A DNA stretch of 60,384 nucleotides from Fibrobacteria bacterium (GTDB taxonomy: Bacteria; Fibrobacterota; Fibrobacteria; UBA11236): positions 1-60,384 of the forward strand of contig JAYTSD010000021.1 of assembly GCA_043745805.1 (NCBI GenBank), read 5' to 3'. Each line of letters begins with the position of its first letter. Position 1 is the stretch's first letter. The notes below the pieces were generated by a model that was given only the letters and a program-made list of their open reading frames with translations, searched no databases and was not told the origin of the DNA. Positions 49,001 to 58,800 of this stretch are shown one piece after another. Made by a program: the position numbers and the translations under genes.

Positions 49001-50473
49001 ATGAAAAATCCAATCGCTAAACTCCTTTTGGCCAGTCGTGAAATATACGCACTCCGCTCCGCTACCGCCCTCTTAGCTTGGGACCAAGAAACTAAAATGC
49101 CTCCTTCAGGTGGAGAAGGTCGAGCCCAAGCCTTAGGTGCCCTGTCAACCATCATTCATGAAAAATATTGTTCGAAACGTTTAGCCGACTTACTCGAGGA
49201 TTCATCCCAAGACTCAGGCTTAACCGAAAGCCAAATTGCTTTGGTGCGCGAGTTAAAACGGGATCGGGATAAAGCGGTGAAAATACCTGCATCTTTAACC
49301 GAAGAATTGGCTCGTAGCACTTCGCTCTCGCAAATGGCTTGGGCCAAGGCCCGCCCACTCAACGACACTAAAAGTTTTAATCCTTGGTTGCAAAAAGTTT
49401 TTGCTTTACGCAAACAAGAAGCGGAATGTTTGGGTTATGAAAACCATGCTTATGATGCTTTGCTCAACCAATATGAACCGGGAGCAAAATCCGAAGAATT
49501 GAAAATTTTATTCGCCGATTTAAAAAATTCTATCGTGCCCCTCTTACAAAAAATTATTGGCGCCTCGTCCAAGCCCTTGCCAAAGCTCACAAGTTACCCT
49601 ATCGAAAAACAAAAAAAAGTGAATGCTAAAATCCTTAGTGATATGGGTTTTGATTTACAAGCCGGAAGGCTTGATGAAAGCGCACATCCTTTTACTGAAG
49701 GCGTTTATCCAACTGATGTTCGCTTAACCACGCGTTATTTTGAGGATAATTTTCTCAGTTCCATTTTTAGCACCTTGCATGAAGGTGGCCATGGGCTTTA
49801 TGAACAAGGCTTTCGGACCGAAAACTTTGGAACGCCACTTGGTGAAGCGACTTCTTTAGGTATTCATGAAAGCCAAAGTCGCCTATGGGAAAATCAAGTA
49901 GGTCGCTCGCATGAGTTTTGGGAATATTATGCACCGCTTTTACAAAAAGAATTAGGTGATGGTTTTTCGAATACCCAAAGCTTAATGCAAATTATCAATC
50001 ACGTAAAGCCTTCTTTAATTCGGGTAGAAGCCGATGAGGTAACCTATAACTTACATATCATTTTGCGCTTCGAATTGGAGATTGCCTTATTCAATGGTGA
50101 ATTACAAGTTGCAGATTTGGAAGCGGCATGGAATGAAGGGATGCAAAAAAGTTTTGGCTTTGCGCCCGATTCGCCCAGCAATGGATATATGCAGGATGTG
50201 CATTGGAGCTGTGGCTTAATTGGGTATTTTCCCACTTACACTTTGGGGAATCTATGTGCTGCACAACTTTTTAATAAAGTACAAGAAAATATTTCGGGGT
50301 TAAACGATAAAATTCGCCAAGGACAATTCTCCCCGCTTCAAGAATGGCTAAAAATTAATATTCATCAATATGGCCGGCAGTTTAGCGGAGATGAATTAAT
50401 GAAAAAAGCGACGGGTGAATCCATGCAAAGCCACTATTTTGCAAATTATTTGAAGCGAAAATATGCACCCTAA
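49001..50473 (+). CDS. Carboxypeptidase M32
   Basis: HPF, HEGGH, HESQ, IR.EADE, QDVHW, GYFPTY. Confidence 0.96.
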   Translation: MKNPIAKLLLASREIYALRSATALLAWDQETKMPPSGGEGRAQALGALSTIIHEKYCSKRLADLLEDSSQDSGLTESQIALVRELKRDRDKAVKIPASLTEELARSTSLSQMAWAKARPLNDTKSFNPWLQKVFALRKQEAECLGYENHAYDALLNQYEPGAKSEELKILFADLKNSIVPLLQKIIGASSKPLPKLTSYPIEKQKKVNAKILSDMGFDLQAGRLDESAHPFTEGVYPTDVRLTTRYFEDNFLSSIFSTLHEGGHGLYEQGFRTENFGTPLGEATSLGIHESQSRLWENQVGRSHEFWEYYAPLLQKELGDGFSNTQSLMQIINHVKPSLIRVEADEVTYNLHIILRFELEIALFNGELQVADLEAAWNEGMQKSFGFAPDSPSNGYMQDVHWSCGLIGYFPTYTLGNLCAAQLFNKVQENISGLNDKIRQGQFSPLQEWLKINIHQYGRQFSGDELMKKATGESMQSHYFANYLKRKYAP

Positions 50474-50503
50474 TTAAAAATCCTTATTTAAAATCTCTAA
50501 AAC

Positions 50504-50532
50504 AAAAAAGTCCGGCTTTAAAACCGGACTTT
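50504..50532. terminator. Intrinsic terminator, likely for the sigma gene
   Basis: AAAAAAGTCCGG-ctttaaaa-CCGGACTTT between convergent genes. Confidence 0.8.
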
Positions 50533-50572
50533 AATTTTTAGAATTTACTAGAAGGTTTTTTTAAGCGCCTAA

Positions 50573-51385
50573 TTAAGCACCAAGAGCTTGTAAATAACCT
50601 TCATATTTTTCACGCAAAATTTCTTTATTCTTATTCTTGCGAATACGACGTAAAGCTTGATCACGTAATTGACGTACACGTTCATGAGAAATATTTAAGG
50701 TTTCACCCACTTCGCGCAAAGTTTGTGGCGCTTCGTGATTGATTCCAAATAATCCTTTGATCACTTGAGCTTCGCGTTCTGGTAATTCAGACAATAAATC
50801 CTTAGCTAAATGTTCTACCGCTTGAATTTCGGCTTCAGCTTCAGGATTTACCGCTTTATCATCAGGCAAAACTTCTTGATAAGTGGTTTTGGTATCCGTT
50901 TTTAATGGAGCATCAAATGAAATACCCGCTTCACCCAATTGAATGAGTTCACGAATATCATCACCTAATTCCTTACCTTTAGATTTTTCTTTCAGAGCTT
51001 TGCGTACACGCAAATGCTGATTGGCAGGTAAACGAATAAGTGAACCTTGTTCATTAATTGCTCGGGTGATATAAGCTTTAATCCACCATACGGCATAAGA
51101 AATAAATTTTAAACCACGAGAATGGTCGAAACTTTCAATGGCGCGTATTAAGCCCATTGCGCCTTCGCTAACCAAATCGGGTAGAGGAATTGGGCATCCA
51201 CGATATTGCAGAGCTACTTTGAGAACAAAGCGCATATTTGCACTAACTAATTTTTCACGAGCGGCACGATTACCTTCACGACATAACTTGAACAAGAGGT
51301 GTTCGTCTTTACGGTCGATAGGACTCGTCTTTCGAATATCTTCCAAGTAACGTTTTAGGGTTTCATCGGTCGTATCAAAAGTCAT
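50573..51385 (-). CDS. Short RpoD/SigA-family sigma70 factor
   Basis: Region 1.2 YL.DI, ANMRFV, DLVSEG..GL..A...FD, FISYAVWWI, region 4 TLREVG..L.IS.ERVRQ. Confidence 0.93.
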   Translation of the reverse strand: MTFDTTDETLKRYLEDIRKTSPIDRKDEHLLFKLCREGNRAAREKLVSANMRFVLKVALQYRGCPIPLPDLVSEGAMGLIRAIESFDHSRGLKFISYAVWWIKAYITRAINEQGSLIRLPANQHLRVRKALKEKSKGKELGDDIRELIQLGEAGISFDAPLKTDTKTTYQEVLPDDKAVNPEAEAEIQAVEHLAKDLLSELPEREAQVIKGLFGINHEAPQTLREVGETLNISHERVRQLRDQALRRIRKNKNKEILREKYEGYLQALGA

Positions 51386-51522
51386 TCGTTATCCTTTGCT
51401 TGGTGTCCTGGTTGATTGAATGCAAGTCATCCCAATTTCTGGAATAAACTCGCTTTATTTCCCCTTTTTTCGGCCCATTAAAAGAATGAGAGGGAAAAGT
51501 TATTCGTCGTAACATAAAATGC

Positions 51523-51552
51523 AATATACACTCTTAACCAGATCAAAAGCAA
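51523..51552 (-). promoter_or_regulatory. Putative sigma70-type promoter of the sigma gene
   Basis: Minus strand TTGCTT-18nt-TATATT. Confidence 0.4.
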
Positions 51553-51677
51553 GCATTTTTTAATAAAGTTAAAGATATTCGTCAAGGGAAACTATAACTT
51601 TTAAAAAAAAACCTTTAGACTGCTAAATCAGCTCATTTTAGTGGTTTAAATCTCCAAAAAACGCTTCGGGAAAACTT

Positions 51678-51705
51678 TAAAGAATTGCCATGCAAGTGTC
51701 GATAA
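51678..51705 (+). promoter_or_regulatory. Sigma28 (FliA/SigD)-type promoter
   Basis: TAAA-16nt-GTCGATAA, 27 nt upstream of fliD. Confidence 0.75.
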
Positions 51706-51732
51706 ACCTAGTAAACCCGAATTGTAGGCAAA

Positions 51733-53829
51733 ATGAGTACTATAGGTGGAGCAAATAATCTTTCAGTAGGCGGACTAGCCTCAGGCTTGGATACGAATCA
51801 CATTATTGATGGATTGGTTGGACTCGAACAACAAAGAGTCACCACCGAACAAAATAAGGTGAGCGCCTATCAAGTTAAACTCAGCACGTTTAATGATTTG
51901 GGCACCAAACTAAAAGAATTTAATGATAAGGCTACGAGTCTTGATGATGTAAACTCCTTTAACATTTTCAAAAGTACCTCCTCGGACGAAACCATTGCAA
52001 AAATCACAGGAACTACCAGCGCTGTGGCCGGTAATTATGATTTGCAAGTATTAAACTTAGGCACCACAAATAAAGTAGCATCCAATTCCTATGCTTCCAC
52101 AACCTTAGCTTTAGGGCTTACCGGAAGTTTTACCATCTCGGCATCAACAGCCTCCTTGGTCGCTGATCCCACGACCACCACCATGTCCGTTGATTTAGCG
52201 GCCACGGACACTTTAAGCGATATTGCAAAAAAGATTAATCGCGCAAAGGGATCCGGGGCATCAGCATCTGTTGTGAATTTTGGAAATAATGATTTTCGCT
52301 TAATGTTAACCGGCGTAGATGAGGGCAGCAAAGGCTTTACTTTAACTTCAACTTCAGGAACTACCGTCGGCCCAACAGGGCTGGGAATTATTAGCAATAC
52401 CAAGGCTATACGCTCTTCTACCGAATTCAAATTAGCGGCGGGTGGAGCGGCTGTAGCTGCGACCAAATTAAATACCCTCTTTACTAGCATTGGTGGCAAT
52501 AGCACACTTTCGGTAGGTGACAAAATTCACATTACGGGTACAAAGTCCGATGGTACTGCTGCCGCAGTTACGGATTTTACCATTGCCAACACAGCAACTG
52601 ACGATGTGCAAGGAATAATGACCGCGGTGCAAACGGCTTTTGGTGGTCCAGGTTCCGCAAGCGTAACATTAAATAATTCCGGTGAAATTGTAATCAAATC
52701 CTTGCTAGGCACGCAAACGCAAGATTTAACCTTGAATTTGTCTTTTGTGGATTCCGATGCATCAGGCTCTGCCCTTAGCTTAGGTGCGGGCCAAGTTAAA
52801 AATGATTTTTCAAATGTGGTTTCCGAAGGCAAAAAAGCCTTTTATATGATGAACGGATTATCCGTTTCCTCCCAGAGTAACAAAGACAATACCTTAGTCA
52901 CGGGCACTACTTTTGAATTACTTAAAGTAAGTACGGAAACCGTTAAGCTCACGCTCGATCGAGACAAAGATGGCATTAAAAAGAAAATTCAAGAATTTTT
53001 AGATAGCTATAATAATACCCTAATCTTTATCGATAGCAAAAGCAAAATCAATGTTACCGACCCCACTAAGAATGATCCCTTACAAAAATTAAATAGCAAT
53101 AAACAAGGATCGTTTACCAAAGGACCCTTTGCAGGTGATTCTTCCATATTGGGATTAAAATCACAACTACGAAGCATTATGACTAATTCTATTTCGGAAT
53201 TAAAGGATATGGGTCTTAGTACATACACAAGTTTTGCAGCCATCGGCATTACTTCAAATCAAAAAGATGGCTCCATGAGCATAAACGATACCACCTTTAA
53301 TAGTGCCATGGACGCAGACTTTGAAGGGGTAAGACGTTTATTTGTTACGGGCGGGTATTCTACCAATCCTTTGCATGCCTATGGCACTTCAACCAAGGAT
53401 ACCCAAACTGGTATTTATAATATCACTCCCGCCACCGATCAATTTGATACCTCAAAAGTCCAGGGAACTATTAGTTATGCCACTGCTGCTAGAGTTGAAT
53501 CGGTACTCACATCCAGTACTGGTGATTCAAATGGCTTGGCTATAACTGCTACCACAACTAGCGGAACAGGGCAATTCACTTTTATCCGTGGTATAGCCGG
53601 TCAAGTCACAAAATACAGCAAGCAAATTAATGACTTTGTGAATGGCTTTGTATCCTCCACTACTAAGGGAATCAAATCCCAAATTGAGGATAGCAATAAA
53701 AAAATTTCCACTCTAGAATTAAGAGTTGCCGATACGAAAAAAAAATTAATCACCCAGTTCGCAAATATGGAACAAGCGATTGCAAGATTGCAAAGCCAAA
53801 GTTCGGCTTTTTCAGGACAAATTAAATAA
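51733..53829 (+). CDS. fliD: Flagellar filament cap protein
   Basis: GLASGLDT..II..L, S.SN, F...YN, GDS, C-terminal L..QF..ME.AI..LQSQ. Confidence 0.94.
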   Translation: MSTIGGANNLSVGGLASGLDTNHIIDGLVGLEQQRVTTEQNKVSAYQVKLSTFNDLGTKLKEFNDKATSLDDVNSFNIFKSTSSDETIAKITGTTSAVAGNYDLQVLNLGTTNKVASNSYASTTLALGLTGSFTISASTASLVADPTTTTMSVDLAATDTLSDIAKKINRAKGSGASASVVNFGNNDFRLMLTGVDEGSKGFTLTSTSGTTVGPTGLGIISNTKAIRSSTEFKLAAGGAAVAATKLNTLFTSIGGNSTLSVGDKIHITGTKSDGTAAAVTDFTIANTATDDVQGIMTAVQTAFGGPGSASVTLNNSGEIVIKSLLGTQTQDLTLNLSFVDSDASGSALSLGAGQVKNDFSNVVSEGKKAFYMMNGLSVSSQSNKDNTLVTGTTFELLKVSTETVKLTLDRDKDGIKKKIQEFLDSYNNTLIFIDSKSKINVTDPTKNDPLQKLNSNKQGSFTKGPFAGDSSILGLKSQLRSIMTNSISELKDMGLSTYTSFAAIGITSNQKDGSMSINDTTFNSAMDADFEGVRRLFVTGGYSTNPLHAYGTSTKDTQTGIYNITPATDQFDTSKVQGTISYATAARVESVLTSSTGDSNGLAITATTTSGTGQFTFIRGIAGQVTKYSKQINDFVNGFVSSTTKGIKSQIEDSNKKISTLELRVADTKKKLITQFANMEQAIARLQSQSSAFSGQIK

Positions 53830-53852
53830 AAATTGATTGAGGGAGAAAAGAC

Positions 53853-54281
53853 ATGGCAAATAGTTATCAGAATTACCAAAACACAAATATCAGCACCGCA
53901 GATAAGGGTAAGCTGGTTTTGATGGTATATGACCATTGCATTAAGTGGTTAAAAAAAGCTGAGGAAGAAATGGCTTTGGATGAAGACGCAAAACCTATGA
54001 GCTCTTTGCGGCGCGCACAAGACGGTCTCACAGAATTGCGTTGCAGTTTAAACATGGAAAAAGGCGGAGAAATTTCCAAAAATCTATTCAGTCTTTATGA
54101 ATTTTATTCCTGGCATTTAACCGAAGCTTTACGCGTAAAATCTGCGCAATTTATTCGTGACGTGGTTGAAATGATGAGTGCCTTACGGGAAGCTTGGGCT
54201 TTGGCTATTGAAACCATTCGCCGTGAAGATGCAAATTTACTTAAAGAAAATACGCCCACCCAATTTTCCATGGTGTCTTAA
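53853..54281 (+). CDS. fliS: Flagellin export chaperone
   Basis: YQ...I.TA..GKLVLM.YD, EL..SL.ME.GGEI..NL..LY, LREAW. Confidence 0.94.
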   Translation: MANSYQNYQNTNISTADKGKLVLMVYDHCIKWLKKAEEEMALDEDAKPMSSLRRAQDGLTELRCSLNMEKGGEISKNLFSLYEFYSWHLTEALRVKSAQFIRDVVEMMSALREAWALAIETIRREDANLLKENTPTQFSMVS

Positions 54282-54709
54282 TGAAATTAGGAGATATTCA
54301 TCCCATTACTAAACAATTAGTGGGAGAGCTTGACTTACTCTATGGGCTCTACCAATTGGCGATTGAATATGGCCAAAAAATTACCCCTGATGATGATCAA
54401 GCTGGGCTTTGGCTAGATGCACGTGAAAAAATTCTTCATCGAACTGACATTGCCTCCAAAGAAGTGGTAAAACTTTTACAGCAATTTGAAAGTGTTCCAT
54501 TGACTCCTGCCAATGAAAAAGCCTTAGTAGAAGAAAAGCGTTTTTTAATTGCCGATTTAGGACTTAAAATGAAAGCGGCGGATAACCGAACTTTAAAGGC
54601 TATGCAAATCAAGCTCGCTGAAATCCGCGGTCAAATGGCTTCACAAACGGAAAGAAAAAATGCTATGCGAGCCTATATTCAAGCTCCTTTAGCACAAGCT
54701 TATAACTAA
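54281..54709 (+). CDS. FliT/FlgN-like helical chaperone
   Basis: Coupled to fliS (TAATG). All-helical, ..RE..L, C-terminal AMRAY. Confidence 0.55.
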   Translation: MKLGDIHPITKQLVGELDLLYGLYQLAIEYGQKITPDDDQAGLWLDAREKILHRTDIASKEVVKLLQQFESVPLTPANEKALVEEKRFLIADLGLKMKAADNRTLKAMQIKLAEIRGQMASQTERKNAMRAYIQAPLAQAYN

Positions 54710-54724
54710 AAGCTAAACCGGAGA

Positions 54725-55561
54725 TTATTTTTCCGGAGCTTGCTCTTTTCCCAAAATCCCAAATAAAATAGCGAATTGCTCGACACTTAAATCCTCGGCG
54801 CGAGAGGTCTCGGGTATTTTCAATTTCTCTAAAGCGGCTTCGGTTAATTCCTTCGCGTAAAACGGCTTTAAAGAATTAATCAACATTTTGCGCTTTTGAG
54901 AAAATGCTTTTTCCACAAATGGGAGAAAGCCTGGATCTTGAATAAAAGGCTTATCTAAAGGCAATAGCTCAACGGTAGCCGACATTACTTTAGGTTTAGG
55001 TCTGAAGGCCTCCGGGGAAATTTTTTGCATTAAGCGTGCGCTTGCATAGTTCTGGACAAAAACAGTGAGAAATCCAAAATCTCGACTATGCGGCTTGGCA
55101 CAAATTCTTTTCGCCACTTCATATTGCACCATCACTGAGATGCTTTGAAATTGACGAATATAAGGAATGAAGTGAAATAAAATCGGTGCGGCTCTATTAT
55201 ACGGGAGATTACCCACTACAAAAGGCTTGTTTTTATTTGGCAGAGGGTTATTCTTCAATAAAGCGTCGATATCCACTTTGATGGCATCGGTATGAATAAT
55301 ATCTAAGGTGCCCCAATCCTGTTTGGCTCTAAGCTTTTCCACCCATTTTAAATCGATTTCCAAAGCGGTGACTTGACGAGATTTTTTAGCCAAACGCTTA
55401 GTAATGGCCCCTTGACCAGGACCAATTTCAATAATCCAATCCTTTAAATTCGCAGGTACATCATCGGCGATTTGTTGAATAACCTGATCATCTACTAAAA
55501 AATTTTGACCAAATTTCCATCGATTGATGCGTTCGAATTTTTTTTGGGGATCCTTATTCAT
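54725..55561 (-). CDS. rsmA: 16S rRNA m6,2A dimethyltransferase
   Basis: FGQNFL, EIGPG.G, GNLPY, MVQ.EVA.R, F.PKPKV.S, RAE.L. Confidence 0.96.
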   Translation of the reverse strand: MNKDPQKKFERINRWKFGQNFLVDDQVIQQIADDVPANLKDWIIEIGPGQGAITKRLAKKSRQVTALEIDLKWVEKLRAKQDWGTLDIIHTDAIKVDIDALLKNNPLPNKNKPFVVGNLPYNRAAPILFHFIPYIRQFQSISVMVQYEVAKRICAKPHSRDFGFLTVFVQNYASARLMQKISPEAFRPKPKVMSATVELLPLDKPFIQDPGFLPFVEKAFSQKRKMLINSLKPFYAKELTEAALEKLKIPETSRAEDLSVEQFAILFGILGKEQAPEK

Positions 55562-55813
55562 TTTGCACAAGCTTTCCTGGAGAAGCACCCGAACTTAGCA
55601 GTTTACTTCGCCTCGGGCAAGGCAAGGAGCACAAAAAAGCGACTTTGACTGGTTTAACCACATTTACTCAATGTCTTCAGCAAACAGGCCGAAAGGTTTT
55701 CAATTTCGTATAATATTCTGTTTATTAGAAATCTGTAGCGAAAATAGCCATGTTCTCTCTTACGGATGCTAAGTTTTTGTTTTTTGTGATGAATTAGAAA
55801 GATTGCATTGTTG

Positions 55814-58800
55814 ATGGGAAAAAGTTTTCGCTTTCGATTTAAGCTTTGGCTTTGGCCCCTATTACTATGCGTTGGAGCCGCATTTGGCGTTTATCAAGAA
55901 CGTACCGATTATTTACCCGTACCAGAGCAAACCCATCCTTTAGATAATTTATTACCGCAAAAAGGCATTGGTTCTAGCGGCGGGTATTTAAAAATCAATA
56001 GCGAATTTCTTAAACGCCAACATAATGTCAATTTCGATAAGCGTTCCGTGGAAATAGTCAGCTATTTAAAGGTCGGTGAAGCCGGAACCGAATCCTCCAA
56101 AAAAGATTCTATCACTCTTTCTCAAGCCTATTATCAAGAGCTCAATTCTTATTCCATGGACATGAATGATTTGGCTTTACGTCGACTATGGCTCAATCAA
56201 TTTGTAGGCAAAGAAGATGCCGGCCAAGCTACGACGGGAGGATTATTCGACCTTACCTTGCCGGTTACGGTTCCCGATTGGATGCGTCGCATTGGCGTTG
56301 AAGCCCCAAGGTTACGGATTAATGGTTCCTATAAATTAGTTGTGGAAGGGAAAAGTATTACCGGTAATGGATCGCCCATTAATAGCGGATGGTTTCCCTC
56401 TTTGCATATGGATCAGCAACCGGCCATTTCCGTAAAAGGTTCTATTGGTCGACTGATTAATGTGGAAATCAATAGTGAAGAAGGCTTTGGCACCAATCTT
56501 AAAGACCAATTAAAAATCAGTTATAAAGGCGAAGGGGCGGAGTTAGAAGACGAAATCATTCAAGAAATTGAAGCGGGAAACACGTCTTTAACCTTGACGG
56601 GTACGTCACTTACCGGTTACACCGAAACGCATAAAGGTATTTTTGGTTTAAAAATGCGCATGCGTTTTGGAGGATTAGAAGTAACCACTATTGCCTCTCA
56701 GGAAGGCGGCTCGCAAGAAAGGCAAACGCTCGGCACAGGGACTGAAGCGCGAACGTTTACTATTGAAGACAAAGCGATTGATTTGCACAAACATTTTTTC
56801 CTTAAATTGTCCGATCGAAAAGATTATGCCGATCAGATTGAAGGCGTGGGAACACCAAAATATATCAGTGCTGGTCAAGGTCGACGTGAAGTGGAGGTTT
56901 TTCAATTATTAACCAGTAATGAAGATGTAAAAGATTCTCACGATTCAGCAACGGCCTATCTCTATGACTCATCTGGGAATCAAACGGGAATCACGGAATA
57001 CGGACGCTGGAAGTCTTTAAAAGTAAACGATGAATTCGTTTATGATGAAGCCTTACGCATGCTTTCCATTTTTCAAGGGCAAAGAAGTACCTCTTATGCC
57101 GTACGTTGGACTAATGATTTTTTGATGGCTGCGGGTAAAGGACGCGACAAAAAATCACTCATTTTAATCCATAGTCGTAATGGGGCAGGGGATGCAAATC
57201 TCGAAAAACTGCTGTGGATGAATGTTTACAATATTGGCAAAGTTGCCAAACAAGATAGAGATAATTTTCAATTAGAGGTTCGTGACAATGATAGCCGGGA
57301 GAGTAACCCTGGCGATACCATTAATTTCACGCGCACTCTAGGATTACAAAAAGTTGAAAGCAACAAACTTGATTTTGAAAACGAACAAGTTTTCAACTTT
57401 GATCAAGGTTTATTGATTTTGCCTTGTAAAAGTAAAGTCGCGAAAGATGGTGATTTGGGCAATTGCTTTACACCTATGCGACGTGTGAATAAGGACACGA
57501 AAATTTATACCGAGTCTATTGATGATATTAGTAATTTAAATAGTACGCATAAATTTTTGATTACAGGAAAACAAAGAAAATCCTCTTTTGATGTTCGTGA
57601 AAATTCTCAATCCGTAAATGGATCCCAATGTTTAGACATTACTCCAGGAACCGAAAAGCTAACGATCAATGGCTCCACCGTTTTAACCAAGGATGCGGAT
57701 TATGAAGTTTTATATGAAACGGGTCAAATCACTTTAATCTCGCCGCGCGCCAAAGATCCAAATGCAAAAATTGATATAAGCTATGAATGCACACCTCCCT
57801 TTCAGATCCAAGATAAAGTTTTGCTCGGAACGCGATTTGAGTATAAGCTGGATAATATCTCTGAAGAAAGTATCTTGGGTGCTACCGTACTTTACAAAAG
57901 CCAGAACACCACTTCCACGCAACCAGAACTTGGACGAGAACCCTTTAATCAATTGCTTTGGGGGTTTAACGCCCGCTTATCGGGAAGTCCCGCATGGATG
58001 ACTAAATTGGTTAACAAAATTCCCTTTATAGCTACCGAAGCCAAATCCAAAGCCAATTTTGAATTTGAAATTGCCCAAAGCCGCTATAATCCCAATACCA
58101 AAGGAACCGCCTTTTTAGATAATTTTGAAAGCAGTCAAAACTCATCGGGTAGCATGCCTTTAAATTATTACACATGGTTTCAATCCTCACCTCCAGGTAA
58201 CACTTCGGAGGATGCTCTTATTTTTGATGACAGCCTAGATTATCGTCATCGAGGTCGTTTTATTTGGCATTCCAATCTAAAAGAACAATATTCGCGTATT
58301 TATGGATCCACTGGAAATACCCTTACCAATAGTCGCGAACAAACTTTATTGAAACTCAGTCTCCTCGCAAATGACAACCTACAAGGCCATTCTTGGGGAG
58401 GCGTCATGCGTGGTTTTTCTCCCAGCAGCTACAATCAAAGCCGCAAGCGAAGTTTGGAGGTGGTAGTTAATGGACGCGAGGGTAACCTCTATGTGGACAT
58501 GGGCCAAATTTCCGAAGATTTATCCATTAACGGAGAAGCCCCCAATGGGCATATGGATTCTGAACTGAAACCGGGCGAAATCAAAAATACGCGTGATGCG
58601 GGATTAGATAATGTTACCGATGCAGAAGGAGAGGTTGCAAAAAACTGGCAATGCCTTCCCAATTGTTTCTATTCCTTAAAAGACAATTCCAATACGGGAG
58701 GAGATGCGGCGCAAGATAATTTTGATGCTAATAAAGTTGTTACTGGAGAATCGGATCCCGCAACCGCAGAGATGGATGGCACTGAAGGCAATAATAAAGC

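Noticed and set aside
55679-55700. GCAAAC-AGGCC-GAAA-GGTTT resembling c-di-GMP-I riboswitch P2
   Set aside because: The following GACGCAAA and P3 stem are absent, and a TATAAT (55709-55714) downstream suggests it lies outside the sprA transcript.
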